Shown: positions 55,177 through 64,000 of the stretch, in pieces
How positions within the stretch are numbered: the stretch's first letter is position 1
How the letters are laid out: every line of letters begins with the position of its first letter
DNA from: Piromyces finnis finn
Lineage: Eukaryota; Fungi; Neocallimastigomycota
DNA: 64,000 bases
Direction of reading: 5' to 3'
NCBI GenBank assembly: GCA_002104945.1
Contig: MCFH01000015.1
Coordinates: 62,001 to 126,000 of the forward strand
Position numbers and translations under genes: made by a program
The notes under the pieces: model-generated
What the model saw: the letters and a program-made list of their open reading frames with translations, nothing else
Databases searched by the model: none
What the model was told of the DNA's origin: nothing

Positions 55177-57477
55177 GGCATCAAATATTTTAAACTTTAT
55201 TATTAATTTAATTAAAATTATAATACATGTAATATAATAATTAAAATAAAATAAAAATAAAAAAAAATATGTTTAAATAAACACAAATGAATAAAAATTG
55301 GGTATAATGTATTCTAGTAATTTTAATTAAAGTAAGAAAGCCACTATCATACTAAAGTATAATAATTGTATTTGACTTCCAATGGGACACCGAGCCAAAG
55401 ATCAAAATTTTATCATGGAACAAAATTATGATCTCCATTGGTTGCGCTGGCCCTCCTGGCCTGTCTTACTGTTTCTTCAGCATTGACGCTCTTGGATGTT
55501 GCTTCAAACCTTTTGAACATTGACCATTGCTGGCCAATAGCAAAAGGCATGATTTTGGTTAGAAGTTCCGCGGTTACCGTCAAGAATGGTGTTCCTTCAT
55601 TAGTACCAGATTGAATCTGACGCTTACAAAGTTCTTTCCATTCCCTTGAATTGTAATTGATATTGTTAAAACTTCTTCCCCCAAGAAGGAATTTAAATAT
55701 TTTACTGCACACACTAGAATAATCATACACATTAATATTCACCGGATTATTAGAACTATTACTATCATTAACTAAATTACTATCTAAATTAGAATTATTA
55801 TCTTCACTATTGCTATCATTACTAATATTATTATTTCTATTACTACTATTGTTATTATTACTATTTCTATTATTACTATTACTACTATTGTTATTATTAC
55901 TATTGTTATTATTACTATTGTTACTATTACTATTAATATTATTACTATCTCTACTGATATTATCAATTTCATTATTATTGATAGGACTATTGGAATTACG
56001 TTGACTGAAAAAATTTAATAGCTGGACTATGGAATCATAATGTTTAATACGGATATCTCTAAATGTTGGACAATCTAATAACCAATGTTTAATACTTTGA
56101 TCTCCACACTTGCAACATGGACAGTAGTTAGGACAAACTGGATCAACAAATTTGGCAGCTTTGGCAACTCTAGCATCCAACTTGTATCCGCTTCTTGCTT
56201 TCAATAGCCAGTAGAAGCCATAGGCAAACTCTGGGTACTCATAACATAATTTAATAAAATCTTTAGTATCAATAAACTTATTATCATCATAATATTGCGC
56301 TTTGATTGAATTCCCTTTGAGATCTTTCCAATAAAAGTTTTTAACTGCTTTAACATCTCCATGTTTCTTTAGTTTTTTATCAAGTGTCCTACTTGATTTG
56401 CACCACGTGTATTTTCTAAATTTAGGAATGTAATTGACAAGGTGTGAGATAATACAATTTGAGTTTTTCCATTTGTTAAAACATCTAACCTGAGCTAACG
56501 CACATTTGGCTGACAATGGAGGAATATTCAAATCTTTTGAGATAGAGTATAAAGATATAAACGATACAGCTTTATGAACTCCGGCAATCCATCGTATTCC
56601 TTTGTTAACATGCTTCTGAGCAATCCTAGACCTAGCTTTGTTGGATCCAAGTAATGGTGCAAAGTATGAAACTCTGCTAATCACTTGTGAGTTAAGTACT
56701 AGCTTTTTGAAGGGAATAGGAATATTAGGATTTCTTAAGAATTTACTGACTGAGAAAAGCCCTTTCAAAACCTTGTTATTAAGAGCTTTAATAACTGGTT
56801 TAAGGGACAGATTCTTATCAAATGGAACACCAAGATAAGTATAACAATCAGTAGTTGGAATGGGTTGTCCTGCTAAGTAAAATGTTGGATCTCTCTTGTT
56901 CTGATTTTCTATTGATTCAGGACGAATCACCATCGTTGAACATTTCTGGATACTAAATTCCATTTCATTATACAATGCCCATTCATTAACTCTTCTAAGC
57001 ATCTTTTTTAAGCATCCTCTTGTTGGAGCACAAATAACTATATCATCTGCAAAAAGTCCACCACAGCATCGAGTGTCACCTAAACTGACTCCAAGATCTT
57101 CGCACTCTCTAAATATATCATTAATAAAGAGATTAAAGAGAATAGGAGAAAGAGGGCATCCTTGACGGACTCCTTTCTTCACATCAAAAGATTTCGAGAA
57201 TTGTCCATCTAATTTGACATTAGCCTTAGATGTTAAATATAAATTTTTAATAAATTGTAAACTCTTACCTCGGATTCCTAAACAATCTAATTTATGGAGA
57301 ATATTACCGATTGGGACTGAATCGTATGCTTTCCTGAGATCTAAAAAGGCCAAATATGTCTCTTTATTATCTAATTGACGTCTACGGCATATTTCTTGGA
57401 TTGAAATGAAAAGACTAATACTTTCTTCCTTTTTTCGAAAACCAAATTGTTCAGGTCTAATGAAATTATTCTTTAAA
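55138..57477 (-). mobile_element. LINE copy B, 5'-truncated, about 2.30 kb plus A36 tail
   Basis: Poly(T) at 55138-55173; homology to copies C and D ends at 57477 (TTCTTTAAA). Confidence 0.95.
55413..57353 (-). CDS. ORF2 fragment of copy B (reverse transcriptase)
   Basis: ORF track: AFLDLRKAYDSV, QGCPLSP, LFADD; no stops. Confidence 0.85.
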   Translation of the reverse strand: MAFLDLRKAYDSVPIGNILHKLDCLGIRGKSLQFIKNLYLTSKANVKLDGQFSKSFDVKKGVRQGCPLSPILFNLFINDIFRECEDLGVSLGDTRCCGGLFADDIVICAPTRGCLKKMLRRVNEWALYNEMEFSIQKCSTMVIRPESIENQNKRDPTFYLAGQPIPTTDCYTYLGVPFDKNLSLKPVIKALNNKVLKGLFSVSKFLRNPNIPIPFKKLVLNSQVISRVSYFAPLLGSNKARSRIAQKHVNKGIRWIAGVHKAVSFISLYSISKDLNIPPLSAKCALAQVRCFNKWKNSNCIISHLVNYIPKFRKYTWCKSSRTLDKKLKKHGDVKAVKNFYWKDLKGNSIKAQYYDDNKFIDTKDFIKLCYEYPEFAYGFYWLLKARSGYKLDARVAKAAKFVDPVCPNYCPCCKCGDQSIKHWLLDCPTFRDIRIKHYDSIVQLLNFFSQRNSNSPINNNEIDNISRDSNNINSNSNNSNNNNSNNNNSSNSNNRNSNNNNSSNRNNNISNDSNSEDNNSNLDSNLVNDSNSSNNPVNINVYDYSSVCSKIFKFLLGGRSFNNINYNSREWKELCKRQIQSGTNEGTPFLTVTAELLTKIMPFAIGQQWSMFKRFEATSKSVNAEETVRQARRASATNGDHNFVP

Positions 57478-57512
57478 TAATTTTACTTTAGACATATTAA
57501 AATCACTTGTTT

Positions 57513-57514
<2 letters not shown>

Positions 57515-57544
<30 letters not shown>

Positions 57545-60500
57545 GGCATCAAATATTTTAAACTTTATTATTAATTTAATTAAAATTATAATACATGTAA
57601 TATAAAAATTAAAATAAAATAAAAATAAAAAAAATATGTTTAAATAAACACAAATGAATAAAAATTGGGTATAATGTATTCTAGTAATTTTAATTAAAGT
57701 AAGAAAGCCACTATCATACTAAAGTATAATAATTGTATTTGACTTCCAATGGGACACCGAGCCAAAGATCAAAATTTTGTCATGGAACAAAATTATGATC
57801 TCCATTGGTTGCGCTGGCCCTCCTGGCCTGTCTTACTGTTTCTTCAGCATTGACGCTCTTGGATGTTGCTTCAAACCTTTTGAACATTGACCATTGCTGG
57901 CCAATAGCAAAAGGCATGATTTTGGTTAGAAGTTCCGCGGTTACCGTCAAGAATGGTGTTCCTTCGTTAGTATCAGATTGAATCTGACGCTTACAAAGTT
58001 CTTTCCATTCCCTTGAATTGTAATTAATATTGTTAAAACTTCTTCCCCCAAGAAGGAATTTAAATATTTTACTGCACACACTAGAATAATCATACACATT
58101 AATATTCACCGGATTATTAGAACTATTACTATCATTAACTAAATTACTATCTAAATTAGAATTATTATCTTCACTATTGCTATCATTACTAATATTATTA
58201 TTTCTATTATTGTTATTATTACTATTGTTACTATTACTATTGTTACTATTACTATTGTTATTACTACTATTGTTACTATTACTATTAATGTTATTACTAT
58301 CTCTGCTGATATTATCAATTTCATTATTATTGATAGGACTATTGGAATTACGTTGACTGAAAAAATTTAATAGCTGGACTATAGAATCATAATGTTTAAT
58401 ACGGATATCTCTAAATGTTGGACAATCTAATAACCAATGTTTAATACTTTGATCTCCACACTTGCAACATGGACAGTAGTTAGGACAAACTGGATCAACA
58501 AATTTGGCAGCTTTGGCAACTCTAGCATCCAACTTGTATCCGCTTCTTGCTTTCAATAGCCAGTAGAAGCCATAGGCAAACTCTGGGTACTCATAACATA
58601 ATTTAATAAAATCTTTAGTTTCAATAAATTTATTATCATCATAATATTGCGCTTTGATTGAATTCCCTTTGAGATCTTTCCAATAAAAGTTTTTAACTGC
58701 TTTAACATCTCCATGTTTCTTTAGTTTTTTATCAAGTGTCCTACTTGATTTGCACCACGTGTATTTTCTAAATTTAGGAATGTAATTGACAAGGTGTGAG
58801 ATAATACAATTTGAGTTTTTCCATTTGTTAAAACATCTAACCTGAGCTAACGCACATTTGGCTGACAATGGAGGAATATTCAAATCTTTTGAGATAGAGT
58901 ATAAAGATATAAACGATACAGCTTTATGAACTCCGGCAACCCATCGTATTCCTTTGTTAACATGCTTCTGAGCAATCCTAGACCTAGCTTTGTTGGATCC
59001 AAGTAATGGTGCAAAGTATGAAACTCTGCTAATCACTTGAGAGTTAAGTACTAGTTTTTTGAAAGGAATAGGAATATTAGGATTTCTTAAGAATTTACTG
59101 ACTGAGAAAAGCCCTTTCAAAACCTTGTTATTAAGAACTTTAATTACTGGTTTAAGGGACAGATTCTTATCAAATGGAACACCAAGATAAGTGTAGCAGT
59201 CAGTAGTTGGAATGGGTTGTCCTGCTAAGTAAAATGTTGGATCTCTCTTGTTCTGATTTTCTATTGATTCAGGACGAATCACCATCGTTGAACATTTCTG
59301 GATACCAAATTCCATTTCATTATACAAGGCCCATTCATTAACTCTTCTAAGCATCTTTTTTAAGCATCCTCTTGTTGGAGCACAAATAACTATATCATCT
59401 GCAAAAAGTCCACCACAGCATCGAGTGTCACCTAAACTAACTCCGAGATCTTCACACTCTTTAAATATATCATTAATAAAGAGATTAAAAAGAATAGGCG
59501 AAAGTGGGCATCCTTGACGGACTCCTTTCTTCACATCAAAAGATTTCGAGAATTGTCCATCTAATTTGACATTAGCCTTAGATGTTAAATATAAATTTTT
59601 GATAAATTGTAGACTCTTACCTCGGATTCCTAAACAATCTAATTTATGGAGAATATTACCGATTGGGACTGAATCGTATGCTTTCCTGAGATCTAAAAAG
59701 GCCAAATATGTCTCTTTATTATCTAATTGACGTCTACGGCATATTTCTTGGATTGAAATGAAAAGACTAATACTTTCTTCCTTTTTTCGAAAACCAAATT
59801 GTTCAGGTCTAATGAAATTATTCTTTAAACCATATTCTGAGATTCTAGTGGTGACAATTTTGGAGATCAACTTAATACCATTATTGATAAGTGATATACC
59901 TCGATAGTTATCACAATCTGTCAAATCTCCCTTCTTAGGAATAGAAACAATACTGGATTCATTCCATGAGTTGGGGAAATCTCCATCCCAAATACGGTTG
60001 AATAATTTAAGAATAAAATTTAAACCATGAGCATCATTATCTGAAGTAGTATTACCAGAAGAATTATTACCTGTAGCATTATTAGAATCATTACTTGATG
60101 GAATTAATGCTTTGTAAAATTCAATTGGAATACCATCCGGACCTGATGCTTTATAATTTGGAGTAGAGAGGATAGCTGACTTGACTTCATCAATACTAAT
60201 ATCTTGGTTGATATCCCACTCATCAAGCATAGGAAGTGAAAAACGTTTATTCATTGGTTCTTCATACCAATGCTCCAAATCAAGACTTACACCACTTGGA
60301 TCTGATGCAAGCTTTTCGAAATGATCATGCCACACATCTAGTTGTTCTTCCGTAGCAACAACTAATTCTCCATTTTTATTTTTAATTGGTTGAGCAATAA
60401 AGAAAGAATCTTTTCCAATTTTTGCAGTTTTCTTGATCCATTTCCAGGCCTTCTTAGGATTATGACTCTTCATATACTCACATCCTGTTTTAATCCAATG

Positions 60501-60629
60501 AAGATATTCTTGCTTCCTAAATTCATTACATCTTTTGTGGATGTAATCAATGAGCTTACGGTAGATTTTAATTCTTTTAATAAATTCATCTATATCATAA
60601 ATTCTTTCTTTTTTAAATCTCTTATACAA
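57515..60629 (-). mobile_element. LINE copy C, 5'-truncated, about 3.09 kb plus A27 tail
   Basis: Poly(T) at 57515-57541; homology to copy D ends at 60629 (CTTATACAA). Confidence 0.95.
57780..60629 (-). CDS. ORF2 fragment of copy C (complete RT domain)
   Basis: ORF track, 949 aa: KASGPDGIP, KKGDLTDCDNYRGISL, PEQFGFR, FLDLRKAYDSV, QGCPLSP, FADD. Confidence 0.88.
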   Translation of the reverse strand: MYKRFKKERIYDIDEFIKRIKIYRKLIDYIHKRCNEFRKQEYLHWIKTGCEYMKSHNPKKAWKWIKKTAKIGKDSFFIAQPIKNKNGELVVATEEQLDVWHDHFEKLASDPSGVSLDLEHWYEEPMNKRFSLPMLDEWDINQDISIDEVKSAILSTPNYKASGPDGIPIEFYKALIPSSNDSNNATGNNSSGNTTSDNDAHGLNFILKLFNRIWDGDFPNSWNESSIVSIPKKGDLTDCDNYRGISLINNGIKLISKIVTTRISEYGLKNNFIRPEQFGFRKKEESISLFISIQEICRRRQLDNKETYLAFLDLRKAYDSVPIGNILHKLDCLGIRGKSLQFIKNLYLTSKANVKLDGQFSKSFDVKKGVRQGCPLSPILFNLFINDIFKECEDLGVSLGDTRCCGGLFADDIVICAPTRGCLKKMLRRVNEWALYNEMEFGIQKCSTMVIRPESIENQNKRDPTFYLAGQPIPTTDCYTYLGVPFDKNLSLKPVIKVLNNKVLKGLFSVSKFLRNPNIPIPFKKLVLNSQVISRVSYFAPLLGSNKARSRIAQKHVNKGIRWVAGVHKAVSFISLYSISKDLNIPPLSAKCALAQVRCFNKWKNSNCIISHLVNYIPKFRKYTWCKSSRTLDKKLKKHGDVKAVKNFYWKDLKGNSIKAQYYDDNKFIETKDFIKLCYEYPEFAYGFYWLLKARSGYKLDARVAKAAKFVDPVCPNYCPCCKCGDQSIKHWLLDCPTFRDIRIKHYDSIVQLLNFFSQRNSNSPINNNEIDNISRDSNNINSNSNNSSNNNSNSNNSNSNNSNNNNNRNNNISNDSNSEDNNSNLDSNLVNDSNSSNNPVNINVYDYSSVCSKIFKFLLGGRSFNNINYNSREWKELCKRQIQSDTNEGTPFLTVTAELLTKIMPFAIGQQWSMFKRFEATSKSVNAEETVRQARRASATNGDHNFVP

Positions 60630-60680
60630 AGAAGTGGCTTATGGTCTGATACAGGATAAAAATTATTTATAAATGATCCT

Positions 60681-60683
<3 letters not shown>

Positions 60684-60728
<45 letters not shown>

Positions 60729-63700
60729 GGCATCAAATATTTTAAACTTTATTATTAATTTAATTAAAATTATAATACATGTAATATAAAAATTAAAATA
60801 AAATAAAAATAAAAAAATATGTTTAAATAAACACAAATGAATAAAAATTGGGTATAATGTATTCTAGTAATTTTAATTAAAGTAAGAAAGCCACTATCAT
60901 ACTAAAGTATAATAATTGTATTTGACTTCCAATGGGACACCGAGCCAAAGATCAAAATTTTGTCATGGAACAAAATTATGATCTCCATTGGTTGCGCTGG
61001 CCCTCCTGGCCTGTCTTACTGTTTCTTCAGCATTGACGCTCTTGGATGTTGCTTCAAACCTTTTGAACATTGTCCATTGCTGGCCAATAGCAAAAGGCAT
61101 GATTTTGGTTAGAAGTTCCGCGGTTACCGTCAAGAATGGTGTTCCTTCGTTAGTATCAGATTGAATCTGACGCTTACAAAGTTCTTTCCATTCCCTTGAA
61201 TTGTAATTAATATTGTTAAAACTTCTTCCCCCAAGAAGGAATTTAAATATTTTACTGCACACACTAGAATAATCATACACATTAATATTCACCGGATTAT
61301 TAGAACTATTACTATCATTAACTAAATTACTATTTAAATTAGAATTATTATCTTCACTATTGCTATCATTATTAATATTATTATTTCTATTACTACTATT
61401 GTTATTATTACTATTTCTATTATTACTATTACTACTATTGTTATTATTACTATTGTTATTATTATTATTGTTACTATTACTATTACTGTTATTACTATCT
61501 CTACTGATATTATCAATTTCATTATTATTGATAGGACTATTGGAATTACGTTGACTGAAAAAATTTAATAGCTGGACTATAGAATCATAATGTTTAATAC
61601 GGATATCTCTAAATGTTGGACAATCTAATAACCAATGTTTAATACTTTGATCTCCACACTTGCAACATGGACAGTAGTTAGGACAAACTGGATCAACAAA
61701 TTTGGCAGCTTTGGCAACTCTAGCATCCAACTTGTATCCGCTTCTTGCTTTCAATAGCCAGTAGAAGCCATAGGCAAACTCTGGGTACTCATAACATAAT
61801 TTAATAAAATCTTTAGTTTCAATAAATTTATTATCATCATAATATTGCGCTTTGATTGAATTCCCTTTGAGATCTTTCCAATAAAAGTTTTTAACTGCTT
61901 TAACATCTCCATGTTTCTTTAATTTTTTATCAAGTGTCCTACTTGATTTGCACCACGTGTATTTTCTAAATTTAGGAATGTAATTGACAAGGTGTGAGAT
62001 AATACAATTTGAGTTTTTCCATTTGTTAAAACATCTAACCTGAGCTAACGCACATTTGGCTGACAATGGAGGAATATTCAAATCTTTTGAAATAGAGTAT
62101 AAAGATATAAACGATACAGCTTTATGAACTCCGGCAACCCATCGTATTCCTTTGTTAACATGCTTCTGAGCAATTCTAGACCTAGCTTTGTTGGATCCAA
62201 GTAATGGTGCAAAGTATGAAACTCTGCTAATCACTTGTGAGTTAAGTACTAGTTTTTTGAAAGGAATAGGAATATTAGGATTTCTTAAGAATTTACTGAC
62301 TGAGAAAAGCCCTTTCAAAACCTTGTTATTAAGAGCTTTAATTACTGGTTTAAGGGACAGATTCTTATCAAATGGAACACCAAGATAAGTATAGCAATCA
62401 GTAGTTGGAATGGGTTGTCCTGCTAAGTAAAATGTTGGATCTCTCTTGTTCTGATTTTCTATTGATTCAGGACGAATCACCATCGTTGAACATTTCTGGA
62501 TACCAAATTCCATTTCATTATACAAGGCCCATTCATTAACTCTTCTAAGCATCTTTTTTAAGCATCCTCTTGTTGGAGCACAAATAACTATATCATCTGC
62601 AAAAAGTCCACCACAGCATCGAGTGTCACCTAAACTGACTCCTAGATCTTCGCACTCTTTAAATATATCATTAATAAAGAGATTAAAGAGAATAGGAGAA
62701 AGAGGGCATCCTTGACGGACTCCTTTCTTCACATCAAAAGATTTCGAGAATTGTCCATCTAATTTGACATTAGCCTTAGATGTTAAATATAAATTTTTGA
62801 TAAATTGTAGACTCTTACCTCGGATTCCTAAACAATCTAATTTATGGAGAATATTACCGATTGGGACTGAATCGTATGCTTTCCTGAGATCTAAAAAGGC
62901 CAAATATGTCTCTTTATTATCTAATTGACGTCTACGGCATATTTCTTGGATTGAAATGAAAAGACTGATACTTTCTTCCTTTTTTCGAAAACCAAATTGT
63001 TCAGGTCTAATGAAATTATTCTTTAAACCATATTCTGAGATTCTAGTGGTGACAATTTTGGAAATCAACTTAATACCATTATTGATAAGTGATATACCTC
63101 GATAGTTATCACAATCTGTCAAATCTCCCTTCTTAGGAATAGAAACAATACTGGATTCATTCCATGAGTTGGGGAAATCTCCATCCCAAATACGGTTGAA
63201 TAATTTAAGAATAAAATTTAAACCATGAGCATCATTATCTGAAGTAGTATTACCAGAAGAATTATTACCTGTAGCATTATTAGAATCATTACTTGATGGA
63301 ACTAATGCTTTGTAAAATTCAATTGGAATACCATCCGGACCTGATGCTTTATAATTTGGAGTAGTGAGGATAGCTGACTTGACTTCATCAATACTAATAT
63401 CTTGGTTGATATCCCACTCATCAAGCATAGGAAGTGAAAAACGTTTATTCGTTGGTTCTTCATACCAATGCTCCAAATCAAGACTTACACCACTTGGGTC
63501 TGATGCAAGATTTTCGAAATGATCATGCCACACATCTAGTTGTTCTTCCGTAGCAACAACTAATTCTCCATTTTTATTTTTAATTGGTTGAGCAATAAAG
63601 AAAGAATCTTTTCCAATTTTTGCAGTTTTCTTGATCCATTTCCAGGCCTTCTTAGGATTATGACTCTTCATATACTCACATCCTGTTTTAATCCAATGAA

Positions 63701-64000
63701 TATATTCTTGCTTCCTAAATTCATTACATCTTTTGTGGATGTAATCAATGAGTTTACGGTAGATTTTAATTCTTTTAATAAATTCATCTATATCATAAAT
63801 TCTTTCTTTTTTAAATCTCTTATACAACTTCATTTTGATTTTTTGAAGATTAAAAATTTGTTGTGAAATATGAAATGAAGACATTATAACATTATTTGCT
63901 GAAGTAATACTGAGCTCGTCTGCAATTGAAAAAGCAGTTGAAGTAAACTCTTTGGAAAGTTCATCTGTAGAAACATTAGGATCGTTGGATTTTGCTGAAA
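60684..64000 (-). mobile_element. LINE copy D, at least 3.27 kb plus A42 tail; 5' part runs off the window
   Basis: Poly(T) at 60684-60725; AATAAA lies about 25 nt upstream of the tail on the sense strand; the ORF is open to the window edge. Confidence 0.95.
60963..64000 (-). CDS. ORF2 of copy D (RT plus C-terminal zinc knuckle); any endonuclease domain would lie beyond the window
   Basis: ORF track 60963-63884 (973 aa). The frame remains open upstream (SAKSNDPNVSTDELSKEFTSTAFSIADELSITSANNVIM). KKGDxxxCxNYRGISL and PEQFGFR resemble RTE/RTEX-clade RT. Confidence 0.88.
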   Translation of the reverse strand, partial: SAKSNDPNVSTDELSKEFTSTAFSIADELSITSANNVIMSSFHISQQIFNLQKIKMKLYKRFKKERIYDIDEFIKRIKIYRKLIDYIHKRCNEFRKQEYIHWIKTGCEYMKSHNPKKAWKWIKKTAKIGKDSFFIAQPIKNKNGELVVATEEQLDVWHDHFENLASDPSGVSLDLEHWYEEPTNKRFSLPMLDEWDINQDISIDEVKSAILTTPNYKASGPDGIPIEFYKALVPSSNDSNNATGNNSSGNTTSDNDAHGLNFILKLFNRIWDGDFPNSWNESSIVSIPKKGDLTDCDNYRGISLINNGIKLISKIVTTRISEYGLKNNFIRPEQFGFRKKEESISLFISIQEICRRRQLDNKETYLAFLDLRKAYDSVPIGNILHKLDCLGIRGKSLQFIKNLYLTSKANVKLDGQFSKSFDVKKGVRQGCPLSPILFNLFINDIFKECEDLGVSLGDTRCCGGLFADDIVICAPTRGCLKKMLRRVNEWALYNEMEFGIQKCSTMVIRPESIENQNKRDPTFYLAGQPIPTTDCYTYLGVPFDKNLSLKPVIKALNNKVLKGLFSVSKFLRNPNIPIPFKKLVLNSQVISRVSYFAPLLGSNKARSRIAQKHVNKGIRWVAGVHKAVSFISLYSISKDLNIPPLSAKCALAQVRCFNKWKNSNCIISHLVNYIPKFRKYTWCKSSRTLDKKLKKHGDVKAVKNFYWKDLKGNSIKAQYYDDNKFIETKDFIKLCYEYPEFAYGFYWLLKARSGYKLDARVAKAAKFVDPVCPNYCPCCKCGDQSIKHWLLDCPTFRDIRIKHYDSIVQLLNFFSQRNSNSPINNNEIDNISRDSNNSNSNSNNNNNNNSNNNNSSNSNNRNSNNNNSSNRNNNINNDSNSEDNNSNLNSNLVNDSNSSNNPVNINVYDYSSVCSKIFKFLLGGRSFNNINYNSREWKELCKRQIQSDTNEGTPFLTVTAELLTKIMPFAIGQQWTMFKRFEATSKSVNAEETVRQARRASATNGDHNFVP

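Noticed and set aside
53061-64000. Array as a simple tandem segmental duplication of one unit or of an A-B dimer
   Set aside because: Truncation points, spacers and tail lengths differ at every junction, and SNP sharing does not follow a dimer pattern.

Overview
Extremely AT-rich eukaryotic DNA with many short GT-AG introns, long A/T runs and (TTA)n/(TTTA)n microsatellites. This style fits an anaerobic gut fungus (Neocallimastigomycota), which is my inference and not proven. Left to right: the 3' part of a giant coiled-coil gene ending in a CaaX-like CNQQ; YAE1; a decayed 5'-truncated LINE; a ubiquitin-eL40 fusion that is unusually divergent in both halves; a gene with five copies of an unfamiliar Cys/His zinc-finger module; YRA1/ALYREF; a TKL-like kinase with a 5x39-aa repeat tail; IDI1; a CYS-3/MetR/Zip1-like bZIP; an Asn-rich protein with a small helical N-terminal domain; and two divergent tRNA-Glu(CTC) genes. 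The last 11 kb is the most striking part: a head-to-tail array of four poly(A)-tailed, ORF-intact copies of one RTE/RTEX-like non-LTR retrotransposon. Three copies are 5'-truncated at different points and the fourth runs off the window. They are joined directly or through 37- and 54-nt non-element spacers, show no visible target-site duplications, and start about 720 bp downstream of a tRNA gene. Exon boundaries and translations were read by eye, and no database searches were run.
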